Shown here: piece after piece, positions 1 to 9,475 of the stretch | How positions within the stretch are numbered: the first letter of the stretch is position 1 | Layout of the letters: every line of letters starts with the position of its first letter | Assembly: GCA_965217775.1 (NCBI GenBank) | Contig: CBDCJH010000002.1 | Span: 288,001-352,000 of the forward strand | Length of the DNA: 64,000 bases | Direction: 5' to 3' | Source of the DNA: Acidobacteriota bacterium | Lineage (GTDB): Bacteria > Acidobacteriota > UBA6911 > RPQK01 > JAJDTT01 | Made by a program: the position numbers and the translations under genes | The notes under the pieces: generated by a model | The model's input: only the letters and a program-made list of their open reading frames with translations | Told to the model about the DNA's origin: nothing | The model's database searches: none

Positions 1-426
1 GGAGACACGCGGACGCCGGTGCGGAGCAGTCTGATCGCCGTCGCCACGAATCTGGCCGTGAACCTGCTCCTGATCTGGCTGCTTCCCCCCGCCCACAAGT
101 ATCTGGGTCTGGCTCTGGGGACGGCCGTTTCGGTCTGGGTGAATCTGGCTCTCCTGATCCGTGCCTTCGGTCGCAGAGTGGGCTCGTCGGCGTCGCATCG
201 AGTGGCTTCCACCGTGGCCAAGAACCTGGGGGCGTCGATCCTCATGGGGATCCTGGTCGTATTGCTGGGGAGCTATTTCCAACTGGATGTGGCTCGAAGC
301 ACGTGGCTGGGGGACGCGGCGGCGCTCTTCGGATGCATCGGCGCCGGAGCTCTCTTCTATTTTGCCTGTTGCCGCCTCCTGGGTGTCGAGGAGGTCGGAC
401 ACCTTTTTGCCCGACTGAGAAAATGA
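1..426 (+). CDS. murJ: Lipid II flippase MurJ/MviN, C-terminal part (gene starts before the window)
   Basis: Frame 1 reads GDTRTPVRSSLIAVATNLAVNLLL...LGLALGTAVSVWVN, matching the MurJ DT(K/R)TP and GLALA motifs; several TM helices; stop overlaps the xerD start (ATGA). Confidence 0.85.
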   Translation, partial: GDTRTPVRSSLIAVATNLAVNLLLIWLLPPAHKYLGLALGTAVSVWVNLALLIRAFGRRVGSSASHRVASTVAKNLGASILMGILVVLLGSYFQLDVARSTWLGDAAALFGCIGAGALFYFACCRLLGVEEVGHLFARLRK

Positions 427-1322
427 AGGACGAAACGCGCCGGCGGGCCTTCGAGAGCTATATCAACTACCTGGTCGTGGAGCGGGGGCTCTCCCCCAAC
501 ACGGTCGAAGCCTATCGCCGGGATCTTCTGGAGTTCCTCGCTTTCCTGGAGGAACGTGAGCTGGAGTTGAACCAGGCGGAAAGACAGGATCTGTTCAATT
601 TTGTGCGCCGCCTGCACCAAAGGCTCTCGGTCTCCTCCATCATGCGTAAGATCGTCAGTCTTCGATCCTTCTACCGTTTTTTGCTTTTGGACAGGTACGT
701 GGAGAAGGATCCCACCGAGACCCTGGAATCGCCCAAGCTCTGGAGAAGACTGCCGATCTATCTGGAGCCGGACGAGGTCGAACGTCTTCTGGAGGGTCCG
801 GATCTCTCCACTCCATACGGCCTGCGGGACCGCACCATGCTGGAGGTTCTCTATGCCACCGGTCTGCGGGTCACGGAACTGGTCCAGGTCCGGGTCCGCG
901 AGGTGAGTCTGGAGGCGCGTTTCTTGCGGACCATGGGCAAAGGAAGCAAGGAGCGATTGGTTCCGCTGGGGGACGAGGCCGCGGAGTTCGTGGACGCCTA
1001 TCAGCGGGAGGCAAGGCCCTATTTTCTCCACCAGCGTTTCTCGAGTCCGTTCCTCTTTCTGACCCGGCGGGGCGGACCCATGACCCGCCAGAATTTCTGG
1101 AAATTGACCCGGAACTACGGCAGGAGGGCGGGAATCGACGGAAAGCTGAGTCCCCACGTGCTGCGTCACAGCTTTGCCACTCACCTGCTGGAAAATGGAG
1201 CCGACTTGAGGGCGGTCCAGGTGATGCTGGGGCATGCCGACATCTCCACCACCCAGATCTATACCCACGTCAGCCGGGAGCGCCTGAAGAAGGTCTACAA
1301 CAAGTTCCACCCCCGGGCGTGA
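423..1322 (+). CDS. xerD: Tyrosine recombinase XerD
   Basis: ERGLSPNTVEAYRRDL, LRDRTMLEVLYATGLRVTEL, GKGSKERLVP, SPHVLRHSFATHLLENGADLRAVQVMLGHADISTTQIYTHV, C-terminal FHPRA. Confidence 0.95.
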   Translation: MKDETRRRAFESYINYLVVERGLSPNTVEAYRRDLLEFLAFLEERELELNQAERQDLFNFVRRLHQRLSVSSIMRKIVSLRSFYRFLLLDRYVEKDPTETLESPKLWRRLPIYLEPDEVERLLEGPDLSTPYGLRDRTMLEVLYATGLRVTELVQVRVREVSLEARFLRTMGKGSKERLVPLGDEAAEFVDAYQREARPYFLHQRFSSPFLFLTRRGGPMTRQNFWKLTRNYGRRAGIDGKLSPHVLRHSFATHLLENGADLRAVQVMLGHADISTTQIYTHVSRERLKKVYNKFHPRA

Positions 1323-1387
1323 ACCCGGTTCACGCACCACGTACCATGGCGGGACCACGGAATCTCGGCGCGAAAGGAATCTGATCC

Positions 1388-1909
1388 ATGCGAACTCTCT
1401 GCTGCCAGCTCTTGAACAGCTCTCTGGGCACCTTTCTCCTGGCCGCCTCCGATCAGGGGCTCTGCCGGTTGCTCCTCCCCGGCGAAGCGGACTGTTCCGG
1501 ATGGTTCGACAGGCATTTCGGGGGGCCGGCAGCTCCGGGATGGAACCCGGTTCTGCGGCGTGCAACGGCGCAGTTGGGGCAGTTCCTGGCGGGGGAAAGA
1601 CGAGAGTTCGATCTGGAGCTGGATCTGAGGGGGACGCCGTTCCAGATTGAGGTCTGGACCCGGCTGCGATCGATCCCCTTCGGCCAGACGCGAAGCTATG
1701 GCGAGGTGGCGGCCGGGATCGGGCGTCCCGGCTCCTCGCGCGCGGTGGGTGCGGCAACGGGCCGCAACCCACTACCCTTGGTGGTTCCCTGCCACCGGGT
1801 CATCGGTTCCAATGGACGCCTGGTGGGTTATGCGGGCGGTCTGGACCTGAAGCGGCAGTTGCTGGAGTTGGAAGGCGTCACCGTTCCGGGTCCGGCTGCC
1901 GCCAGATAG
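1388..1909 (+). CDS. ogt: Methylated-DNA--protein-cysteine methyltransferase
   Basis: GTPFQ..VW..L..IPFG.T.SYGEVA, RAVG.A...NP, active-site PCHRV, GYAGG. Confidence 0.93.
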   Translation: MRTLCCQLLNSSLGTFLLAASDQGLCRLLLPGEADCSGWFDRHFGGPAAPGWNPVLRRATAQLGQFLAGERREFDLELDLRGTPFQIEVWTRLRSIPFGQTRSYGEVAAGIGRPGSSRAVGAATGRNPLPLVVPCHRVIGSNGRLVGYAGGLDLKRQLLELEGVTVPGPAAAR

Positions 1910-1980
1910 GAGACTCTGGACCCGGAGGGCAACTCTCGTCGCCGATGGACTCGGAAGAACTTCCCCAGGCACTCCTCAAA
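1863..1980. repeat. Direct repeat copy A: ogt 3' end plus last codons of the methyltransferase at 61363-62763
   Basis: Ungapped alignment to 57810-57927 (24 mismatches in 118 nt by hand count; 61/68 in the distal part). Minus strand reads FEECLGKFFRVHRRRELPSGSRV. Confidence 0.85.
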
Positions 1981-1987
1981 TTCCGCG

Positions 1988-3370
1988 CTATCGCTCCTCA
2001 ACTTCCTGCTCTGGCGCCGGCACCGCCGGGTCATCGGTCAAACGCCCCAACATCTCATAGATTCGAATGATGCAATGATCCACGATCCGTTCGCCGGCGC
2101 CCGGTTCGATTCGAGCCCAGATATTCTTGGCACCGTGGCCGCCTTCGGTGGCCGCACGAATGGTCGGAAAGTAGCTGAAGAATCCGTTCGCGTAACCCAG
2201 GAAGAAACTATCGGAGACAGGAGACCGCTCGCGCCAGTTCATCTGGAACTCAATAAACGGCTCGCCCGGCATTCCCATGAATGCAATTTGCTTGTTGATC
2301 AGAATGGTGGTGACGGGAACTCGCTTTTCCGGCTTGATTTCGGGCAGATAGTACTGGCGGAGTTCGGGTTCCACACTCTTCTCAAAGGCTTTCATGTACT
2401 TTTCCAGGTCCCAGCGAAAACCGAACGTCAGCCAATCTTCGGAGAAATCGAGGCTCGCTTCAGGGGACGGTTCGGTCCGGATCTTCTTGGCCACGCGAAC
2501 GGCTTCCTCGCCTAGCGTTTCCCCGCTCCACTCCATTCTTGCGACCGGGTCTTCTGCAAGAGGCACGCCCGTGTAATAGGTGTCGATGTCGCCGGCGCCG
2601 CCGTTCAGGAAGAACCCCATGGTCTGAGGGCCGAAAGCCTCTTCCACGGTATTGCACATGACTCCGGGGAAATCGGCCGAATACTGCTTGAGGTTCGCCA
2701 TCACCACCACCGGGTGGCAGGCGTAGTTCACGAGAATGGCCAATGGCTTTCGGTTTTCGGTGTCTATGCGCAGGACTGCCACCGTGGGATCGAAGGGGGC
2801 GGTAGGAATCCTGGTCGGGTTCCTGAACATCATGGTCACGGTGCCGTCCGGGTTCAGTTTTCTCCGGTTGTGGCCGATGTAGGCCATTCCGTAACCTGTA
2901 CCCAGCCACGCCTCCGCCGCCCGCCCGTGAGCTTTTTCAGTGGCTTTTGCGATTTTCGCGACGGCGTCCTCCTGCCAGGCCACCATGCCGGTCAAGGGAA
3001 AATTTTCATTGATGGGAATAATGGGAGCGGAGTGAGTGTGGGTCGCGACCATGAGCACAAAGGAGATTCCGCTTGATTCCTTGACTTGTTGGCGCAGACG
3101 CTCCATCAAGGGTTCCTGAAAGACCCGGCAGAGATCGACCGTGATCAGTGCCAGCCGTGTTTGATCAACCTCCAGCACCAGGACGCGCGCGTACAGTGGG
3201 TCATGGGCTCCGGTGGCCAGCGTCGTCCCGGAACCGAGCATGTATTTGCCCGGAGCCGGAGTAATATCAACCTTGGCCACCCCGGCTCTCAGGTTGGAAC
3301 CATGCACCCACGGGCTCACCGTCAGGCCCAACAGACAAATACCAAAGCCAACCTTTTTCAGATCCGTCAT
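1988..3370 (-). CDS. Neutral/alkaline non-lysosomal ceramidase N-terminal domain family protein, secreted
   Basis: Signal peptide, LRAGVAKVDITP, HDPLYARVLVL, ATHTHSAP, NYACHP, SADFPG, PGEPF, GYANG...YFPT; start taken at MTDLKK after a GGAGA RBS. Confidence 0.8.
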   Translation of the reverse strand: MTDLKKVGFGICLLGLTVSPWVHGSNLRAGVAKVDITPAPGKYMLGSGTTLATGAHDPLYARVLVLEVDQTRLALITVDLCRVFQEPLMERLRQQVKESSGISFVLMVATHTHSAPIIPINENFPLTGMVAWQEDAVAKIAKATEKAHGRAAEAWLGTGYGMAYIGHNRRKLNPDGTVTMMFRNPTRIPTAPFDPTVAVLRIDTENRKPLAILVNYACHPVVVMANLKQYSADFPGVMCNTVEEAFGPQTMGFFLNGGAGDIDTYYTGVPLAEDPVARMEWSGETLGEEAVRVAKKIRTEPSPEASLDFSEDWLTFGFRWDLEKYMKAFEKSVEPELRQYYLPEIKPEKRVPVTTILINKQIAFMGMPGEPFIEFQMNWRERSPVSDSFFLGYANGFFSYFPTIRAATEGGHGAKNIWARIEPGAGERIVDHCIIRIYEMLGRLTDDPAVPAPEQEVEER

Positions 3371-3499
3371 TGGATTCTCCTCGATTGTAAGAAGTTGCTG
3401 AAGACACTTCGCCTCAGACCCGTTGGCAGTGTATTCGACGCCTGAAAAAAAGAACGGCAAGACGTGAGTCTGCCTGTTTCCCCAACGGCGAACTGACGA

Positions 3500-4651
3500 T
3501 TATTGAGGCTTTTCTTGAAGACCACTCTCGATGGCGAGATGTTTTTCCCGCCTCATTTTCTGTTGAATCGCCTGAAAGCGCTGAAGTTCCTCCAGGGCTT
3601 TTCCCACGTTTCCCAATTTCTTATGGATCTGGGCCAATTGATAGTGGGGAGCAGGTTCATCGGGGTCCAGGGCGATGGCCCGTTCTACGGCTGCTGCTGC
3701 CTCCTCCCAACGCCCCTTGCCGGCATACGCCTTCGAGAGTTCCAAAAATGCTTGGGGGAGCCGGTCGTTGGCACGCAACACTATGTTGAGATGCAGAATC
3801 GCCTCGTCAAACTCCTGCTCCATATTCTTGATGACAGCCAGGTTCAGACGTGCGATCGGAAGATCCGATTCCAATTCGAGCGCCTTCTCCAGATAGGGCC
3901 GGCCGTCTTCGTACAGCCCCTTCTCCAGGTATAGAATCCCCACAGCCTGGTTGAGTCCAGCCAGATTCGGGTCAAGGGCAAGTGCTTTGTGGTATTCGCT
4001 CAGGGCCTCCTCCGGACGGCCCTGAAAAACGTACGCCTCAGCCCGTACCTGATGGGTTCGGGAGGAGCCGGAGTCGAGCTTACGGAGCCGTTCGTAAATT
4101 TGCTCGAACTCGACAAACTTTCTGGTGTTGAGGTAGGCCTGCGCCAGCATGTGAAGGACCGGGACATGGCCGGGATCTCTTCGGGTCACCTCCTGGAGCA
4201 AATCGATCGCCTCACCGAAACGGTTCAGCGCCAAATAAGATCCAGCCAGGCACAACTGAAGGCTGATGTCCCCGGGACGAGCGGCGATAGCCCGCCCAAG
4301 AGGACCGAGTGCTTTCTCGTATTCGTAAAGAAGATAGTAATCGAGCCCCAGAAAAAGGTTCGCCTCGATCATGTCGGGATCGAGCTGCAATGTTTTTTGG
4401 AAGGCTCCTGTGGCCGCTTCATATTTCCCCTGGAAGTGACGGGCAAGACCCAGCCCATAATTGGCATCGGCGCTTTCGGGAGACAGCCTCAATATGGCCA
4501 GGTAGGTCTGCTCGGCTGAAACCCAATCTTGTCGTTTTGCCGCCTCGGAAGCCTGTTGGTAGTATTGCCCGAGCTGTTGCCGCTGGGGTGGAGTCTGAAG
4601 ACCTGAAAGCAGGAGCCCCGAGAGCAAGAGACCGACCAGCATTGCAGGCAA
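3500..4651 (-). CDS. Tetratricopeptide repeat protein
   Basis: Hydrophobic N-terminus followed by many TPR-like repeats (ANYGLGLA, ANLFLGLDY, ALDP); exact start uncertain. Confidence 0.8.
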   Translation of the reverse strand: MPAMLVGLLLSGLLLSGLQTPPQRQQLGQYYQQASEAAKRQDWVSAEQTYLAILRLSPESADANYGLGLARHFQGKYEAATGAFQKTLQLDPDMIEANLFLGLDYYLLYEYEKALGPLGRAIAARPGDISLQLCLAGSYLALNRFGEAIDLLQEVTRRDPGHVPVLHMLAQAYLNTRKFVEFEQIYERLRKLDSGSSRTHQVRAEAYVFQGRPEEALSEYHKALALDPNLAGLNQAVGILYLEKGLYEDGRPYLEKALELESDLPIARLNLAVIKNMEQEFDEAILHLNIVLRANDRLPQAFLELSKAYAGKGRWEEAAAAVERAIALDPDEPAPHYQLAQIHKKLGNVGKALEELQRFQAIQQKMRREKHLAIESGLQEKPQ

Positions 4652-4721
4652 AACCTACCAAGGCCGGCAGTCGGCATTCAAGTTCGGGTCAGGAGAGAAG
4701 CACGGTTTAGGAGGTCCCTCC

Positions 4722-6770
4722 ATGGTGCGAGCAAATTCACGGAGCGGGGACCGCTCCCACCTTCAATACCAGGTGAAAATCCTCTACACGCGCGTGCCGA
4801 TGCGCGACGGAGTGGAGCTGGGAGTGAAGATAACGCGGCCGGACGCGGAAGGCCGATTCCCGGCGGTAATGGAATACAACCCTTATCGCCGCATCAGAAA
4901 ACCCTTGGCCGACTATCGAGAGGAGTACCCCCCAGTCGTTCCCTACCTGGCCGGGCGCGGATATGTCATTGCCCAATTCGACGTGCGTGGTACGGGCAAT
5001 TCGAGTGGATGGAGCAAGGACATCTACTCTGCGGACGAGCGGCAGGACGGGTACGACATGGTGGAATGGATCGCCGCCCAATCCTGGTGCAACGGCAACG
5101 TGGGGATGATCGGCAAGTCCTACAGTGCAGTGGTGCAGTGGCAAGTCGCGGTGCAGGCGCCCCCCCATCTGAAAGCCATCATTGTGCGCTCGGCCAATGA
5201 CAACGTCTATACCGAGTGGACCTATCCGGGGGGTGTCCTTCGTCCCTACATGTTCGACAGTTACTCCGCTCTGATGAACGCCTACAATTTCTCGCCTCCC
5301 GACCCGGAGATCGTGGGAGAGAAGTGGAGCGAGATCTGGCAACAGCGCCTGGAAAACAGCCAACCTTGGGGCATCGGTTACATTTCGAATCAACTGGATG
5401 GGCCCTATTGGCAAGACCGGTCGCTGTCGACGGACTACGGCGCGGTCCAATGTGCCGTTTTCGTAATTGCCGGCTGGTCGGACTGCTATCCCACGGCGCT
5501 GTTGCGTGCCTTCTCAAAACTGAAGGTTCCCCACAAGCGGGCCTTGGTGGGTCCCTGGGGGCACTGGTACGGCGAAGAAGAATGCGCCGTGCCCGGCCCC
5601 AGGATCGATACCCGTCCGCTGTACCTGAACTGGTTCGACCACTGGCTCAAAGGGATCGACAACGGGGTGATGGACGAGCCGCCGGTCACTTTCTTCGTCA
5701 AGCGGTACAGTCCGCCTTCCGCACGGATGCCCCTCGAAGAAAAGGGTTTCTGGCGATCGGAGCGAGAGTGGCCGATCGCCCGGACCCGGCGCACGCCCCT
5801 CTACTTTCATTCCCACGGGAAGCTGAGCCCGGAGCCCTGTGGCACGGTCGTTGAAGAGCGGGACGAATACCCTTACAACCCTGGCGTGGGAATCACCTCC
5901 GGGATTCACTGGGGGGGAGGCATACTGCCCTGGGGAACGCCCATCGACCAGCGCTGGGACGAGGCGTATTCGGTGACCTATACAACGCCTCCACTGGAAG
6001 AAGATCTGGAGGTGACGGGAACCCCCACGGCCGTCATCTACGTCTCCTCCACGGCCGAGGTGGCCTACTTTCGGGTCAAGCTCATCGATGTGGCGCCGGA
6101 CGGCACTTCCAAACTGGTTCGCTATGGAGGCTTGAATGCCACCCACCGCGACTCCCACTTCGATCCCGAGCCTCTTACACCCGGGCAAGTGTATGAACTC
6201 AAGATCGACCTGAAAACGATGTCCTATATTTTCGGGACCGGGCACCGGATTCGCGTGGCCATTGCCAGTGCCGACATCCAGAATGCCTGGCCCACAGCCG
6301 AACCTGCCATCAATACGATCCATCGAGGCAGCCGCTATCCGTCACATATCGTCTTGCCCGTGATCCCCGGGCAGAATGCAGAGCTGCCCCAGCCCGATCT
6401 GGTGCGATTGTCCAATGCCGACCCACAAGACTTGTCCACACCGGAGGAATACTCGATCACCCACGACCTTGTGAATCAGAAGACCATATTTCGCATTGCT
6501 CCGGTGCACGTGCCCGAATCGGCCGGTTTTGACCTGCAACAGCATTCCAGCCTCACCGTCTCCACTGTCAATCCTGCCGAGGCGGTACTGAAGGCCTATT
6601 GCGCCTACACTCTCAAGCAGTTGGGTTCAGACATACGGATAGAGGCCAATGAACTGACCACCAGTGATGAGACGGCTTTTCGCCACCTGGTGCAGTTGAC
6701 GATAACGGTCGATGGGAAGCTTCACTTCAACAAGAGCTGGTCTCGTACGGTGCCCCGACTCTTGAACTGA
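4722..6770 (+). CDS. CocE/NonD family hydrolase
   Basis: VPMRDGVEL, YNPY, DVRGTGNSSG, nucleophile GKSYSA, GWSD, GPWGH, C-terminal PepX domain (LEVTGTP, GHRIRVAI); AGGAGG RBS. Confidence 0.9.
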   Translation: MVRANSRSGDRSHLQYQVKILYTRVPMRDGVELGVKITRPDAEGRFPAVMEYNPYRRIRKPLADYREEYPPVVPYLAGRGYVIAQFDVRGTGNSSGWSKDIYSADERQDGYDMVEWIAAQSWCNGNVGMIGKSYSAVVQWQVAVQAPPHLKAIIVRSANDNVYTEWTYPGGVLRPYMFDSYSALMNAYNFSPPDPEIVGEKWSEIWQQRLENSQPWGIGYISNQLDGPYWQDRSLSTDYGAVQCAVFVIAGWSDCYPTALLRAFSKLKVPHKRALVGPWGHWYGEEECAVPGPRIDTRPLYLNWFDHWLKGIDNGVMDEPPVTFFVKRYSPPSARMPLEEKGFWRSEREWPIARTRRTPLYFHSHGKLSPEPCGTVVEERDEYPYNPGVGITSGIHWGGGILPWGTPIDQRWDEAYSVTYTTPPLEEDLEVTGTPTAVIYVSSTAEVAYFRVKLIDVAPDGTSKLVRYGGLNATHRDSHFDPEPLTPGQVYELKIDLKTMSYIFGTGHRIRVAIASADIQNAWPTAEPAINTIHRGSRYPSHIVLPVIPGQNAELPQPDLVRLSNADPQDLSTPEEYSITHDLVNQKTIFRIAPVHVPESAGFDLQQHSSLTVSTVNPAEAVLKAYCAYTLKQLGSDIRIEANELTTSDETAFRHLVQLTITVDGKLHFNKSWSRTVPRLLN

Positions 6771-6836
6771 TTACGCTTTTTCAGGCCGGACTCGAAGGGA
6801 AGCACGGAAAAAGGGCCAGTAACTTTGTCGCCTTTT

Positions 6837-7757
6837 TCAAAATTCCTTGGAATGGCGAATGGCCCAAATCCAGGTCGCTCCCTCTTTTCCTCCCACCAGC
6901 CCATCCCAGGTGGAGTTCAGGTACAGAGTCCGGCCGTCGTAGCCCAGCCAGGGGCAGGTGTCGGTTCCGGGAGTGTTGATCCGCGGACCCATGTTCTGCA
7001 AGGGAGTCCATTGACCGTTGACTCTTCTGCTGATGTAGAGATCCACACTATCGCTTAGCGAATCATTCCTCCGCAGTGGAAGGATGATCGTGGTTTCGTC
7101 GGGATTGACGGCCACGTCGTTTTCGTCGCCGGCGCCGTTGACGACCGGGCCCAGGTTGACGGGCTCTCCCCACCGGTCCCAGCCGGAGCCGATGCGATCA
7201 CTGGTGTAGACGTCGAATCCGCCCTGTCCTCCCGGCCGATTGCTGGAGAAGTACAGTCTTCTCAGGTCCTTGGAGAGCAAGGCTCCGAATTGGACCGTAT
7301 CCGGAAGACTGACGGGAGGACCCAACAATTCGGCTGTGGACCAGGAGCCGTCACGGAAATGGGAGATATAGACGCGCGAGGATTTGCTGAAATCGTCGCT
7401 GCGCAGGAAAACCATGATGCTCCCGTCAGCCGAGAGTTTGGCATCGGCTTCGTGGGACCCGGTGTTGACCTGCGGGCCCGCATTGAAGGGTACGGACCAA
7501 CGCCCGTTCTCCAGGCGGGAGAACCAGATATCGAGCTTTCCCCGACCCTCCGGATGGTCTATTTGAAAGGCCAGAAGCCTCCCGTCTTCGGTCTCACTGG
7601 CACAAAAAGGTTTGGCGTCTTTCTCAAGCGGGATCGAAAGCCTGGATATGGCCAACTCTTCATTCTGGCCGTGAACGGCTGTTTCCAGGCTCAGCACCTG
7701 GAAAGCGACCAATCCCGATGTGATCGCGGCCGAGCAAAGCAATCGCAAATACGGCAT
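6837..7757 (-). CDS. PD40/TolB-like beta-propeller secreted protein
   Basis: Repeated WSxPxNxGPxVNT and LYFSSNRPGGQGGFDVY motifs. Confidence 0.8.
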   Translation of the reverse strand: MPYLRLLCSAAITSGLVAFQVLSLETAVHGQNEELAISRLSIPLEKDAKPFCASETEDGRLLAFQIDHPEGRGKLDIWFSRLENGRWSVPFNAGPQVNTGSHEADAKLSADGSIMVFLRSDDFSKSSRVYISHFRDGSWSTAELLGPPVSLPDTVQFGALLSKDLRRLYFSSNRPGGQGGFDVYTSDRIGSGWDRWGEPVNLGPVVNGAGDENDVAVNPDETTIILPLRRNDSLSDSVDLYISRRVNGQWTPLQNMGPRINTPGTDTCPWLGYDGRTLYLNSTWDGLVGGKEGATWIWAIRHSKEF

Positions 7758-7807
7758 CCGATGGTCCCCCCTTTTCGGCCCGAGGATTTTTCTCCTGTTT
7801 CAACGCC

Positions 7808-9475
7808 TTAGGGACGTGAATACTTGGCCTTTGCCTTGAGTTCTTGGAATCTCCTGAGATGATCTTCTGCCTTCTGGTGCTGCTGGAGCCTCTTGTAGAG
7901 GAGCCCGAGACGATAGTGGACTTCCTCCTCGAGCGGTTGGAGCTTGGAGCTCAGCTCGTATTCCCGGCTTGCCTCCTCCAGTCTTCCGTGCCTTTCCAGC
8001 ACCTTTCCCAGGATGAAACGGCAGGCGGCATCGTTGGCATCGACTGCGATGCCCCGCTGAGCCATCAGGAGCGCCGGCTCAAGCTGGTTGTGGCGTTCCA
8101 GAGCCGTGGCATAGACGTAATAGAGGAAAGGGTCTCTTGAATTAAGACTCAGGGCCTGCACATAGGCCTCCACCGCCTCGTCATAGGCGCCCAACTCCAG
8201 TTGGCTGTTCCCCAGGGCAAGATATGCGGCATAGAAATCGGGTCTGTTTTTCACCGCCGACGCCGAGGCGTCCCGGGCCTCCTCGAAACGATTTGCGGCA
8301 TGATGACTTCGGGCCTGGGTCAGAAGCAGATCCGGATCGTCCGGGAATCGGACAATTGCATATCCGAGAAGATCCCTGGCCAGCGGAAACAGGTTCTCCT
8401 TCAGCAGCTCCATTGAAATATCGAAGAGAAACTTCGGTTCGCTGGCCGTCGCAGGCATTCCCCGCTTGAGGGTATTGGAAGCCTCCGCCTCTTTCCCCTG
8501 CTTCAGGTGAGCGACGCTCAAGAGTCCATAAAGTTTCAGGGGCATTTTCGCGCCGCCGCGGGTGTACGGTTCCAGCAGCAGCACGACTCGTAAATAGTCC
8601 GCCTCCAGGTAGCAGGCATAGGCCAGCCAATAGTTCACCGGGAACGAGGACTCTCGCCTCCGGACCAGTTCGAACTCGGCGATGGCTTCGGAAGCCAGAC
8701 CGCGTTCGAGCATCCACTTGCCCACGCGCGTATGGATGACGGTATCGGCAGGCAGGATCCGTCTGAGCCGAGTAGCCAGGGGAACGGCCTCACGTGTCCG
8801 TCCCAGGTCGAGGTAGATTTCGACCAGGTAGACGAGTATCGCAGGGTCTCCCGGTCGCAGATGATGAGCACGCTCGAGAGCCGCCAGGGCGCGGGGCAAG
8901 TTGGCCTTCTTGAGATAGAGCAGGCCCAGGTTGTAGAAGGCGGCGGCCCGGTCAGGGTCCAGCTTGGTCACCTGCTCGAACTGCTCGATCGCCTTCTCCT
9001 GGTTGTCCAGACGCAGGTAGGTGACGCCCAGGTCGTTGTAGGCTCTCAAATCTCCGGGTTTCAACTCGAGAACACGCTCGAATTCGTGCACGGCTTCGGC
9101 ATAGCGCTTCATTCTCGAATAGACCATGCCCAAGCCACCGTGCAGGGAGGGTTCATCGGGGTACCTGTCGAGCAGAGCCCGGAAGGCTTTTTCGGCGTCT
9201 GCGAGTTTGCCTTCCTGGAGCAGGCGAAAAGCCTGCTGCGGATTCTGCCCGGCAACCTCGCCCTGCAGGAAAAGACCCACCAGCAGGATGGTCAGTAGGC
9301 GAGAACCCGGGATGTAGCGGGCCTGGCGGAAAGTGCCCTTCTGCTTCAGCCTCAAGGTGCCGGCCTCAGTTTTTCTCAGCCTCAATCCCGATGCCTTCCC
9401 TGATGGTGAGGAACTGATTGGCTGCGACCCCGGCGAATTTTTCCACCGACCCATCGGGCCATCGGACTTCCACAT
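7808..9475 (-). CDS. Tetratricopeptide repeat protein
   Basis: Many TPR repeats (AYNDLGVTY, AFYNLGLLY, AYLALGNSQ, VHYRLGLLY). True start is probably nearer 9330-9370 because of overlap with the upstream gene. Confidence 0.78.
   Translation of the reverse strand: MWKSDGPMGRWKNSPGSQPISSSPSGKASGLRLRKTEAGTLRLKQKGTFRQARYIPGSRLLTILLVGLFLQGEVAGQNPQQAFRLLQEGKLADAEKAFRALLDRYPDEPSLHGGLGMVYSRMKRYAEAVHEFERVLELKPGDLRAYNDLGVTYLRLDNQEKAIEQFEQVTKLDPDRAAAFYNLGLLYLKKANLPRALAALERAHHLRPGDPAILVYLVEIYLDLGRTREAVPLATRLRRILPADTVIHTRVGKWMLERGLASEAIAEFELVRRRESSFPVNYWLAYACYLEADYLRVVLLLEPYTRGGAKMPLKLYGLLSVAHLKQGKEAEASNTLKRGMPATASEPKFLFDISMELLKENLFPLARDLLGYAIVRFPDDPDLLLTQARSHHAANRFEEARDASASAVKNRPDFYAAYLALGNSQLELGAYDEAVEAYVQALSLNSRDPFLYYVYATALERHNQLEPALLMAQRGIAVDANDAACRFILGKVLERHGRLEEASREYELSSKLQPLEEEVHYRLGLLYKRLQQHQKAEDHLRRFQELKAKAKYSRP

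Noticed and set aside
423-1322. xerD as an integron integrase or island integrase
   Set aside because: Canonical XerD length and motifs, coupled to murJ; no IntI-specific insertion, no attC array and no dif-like site recognised.
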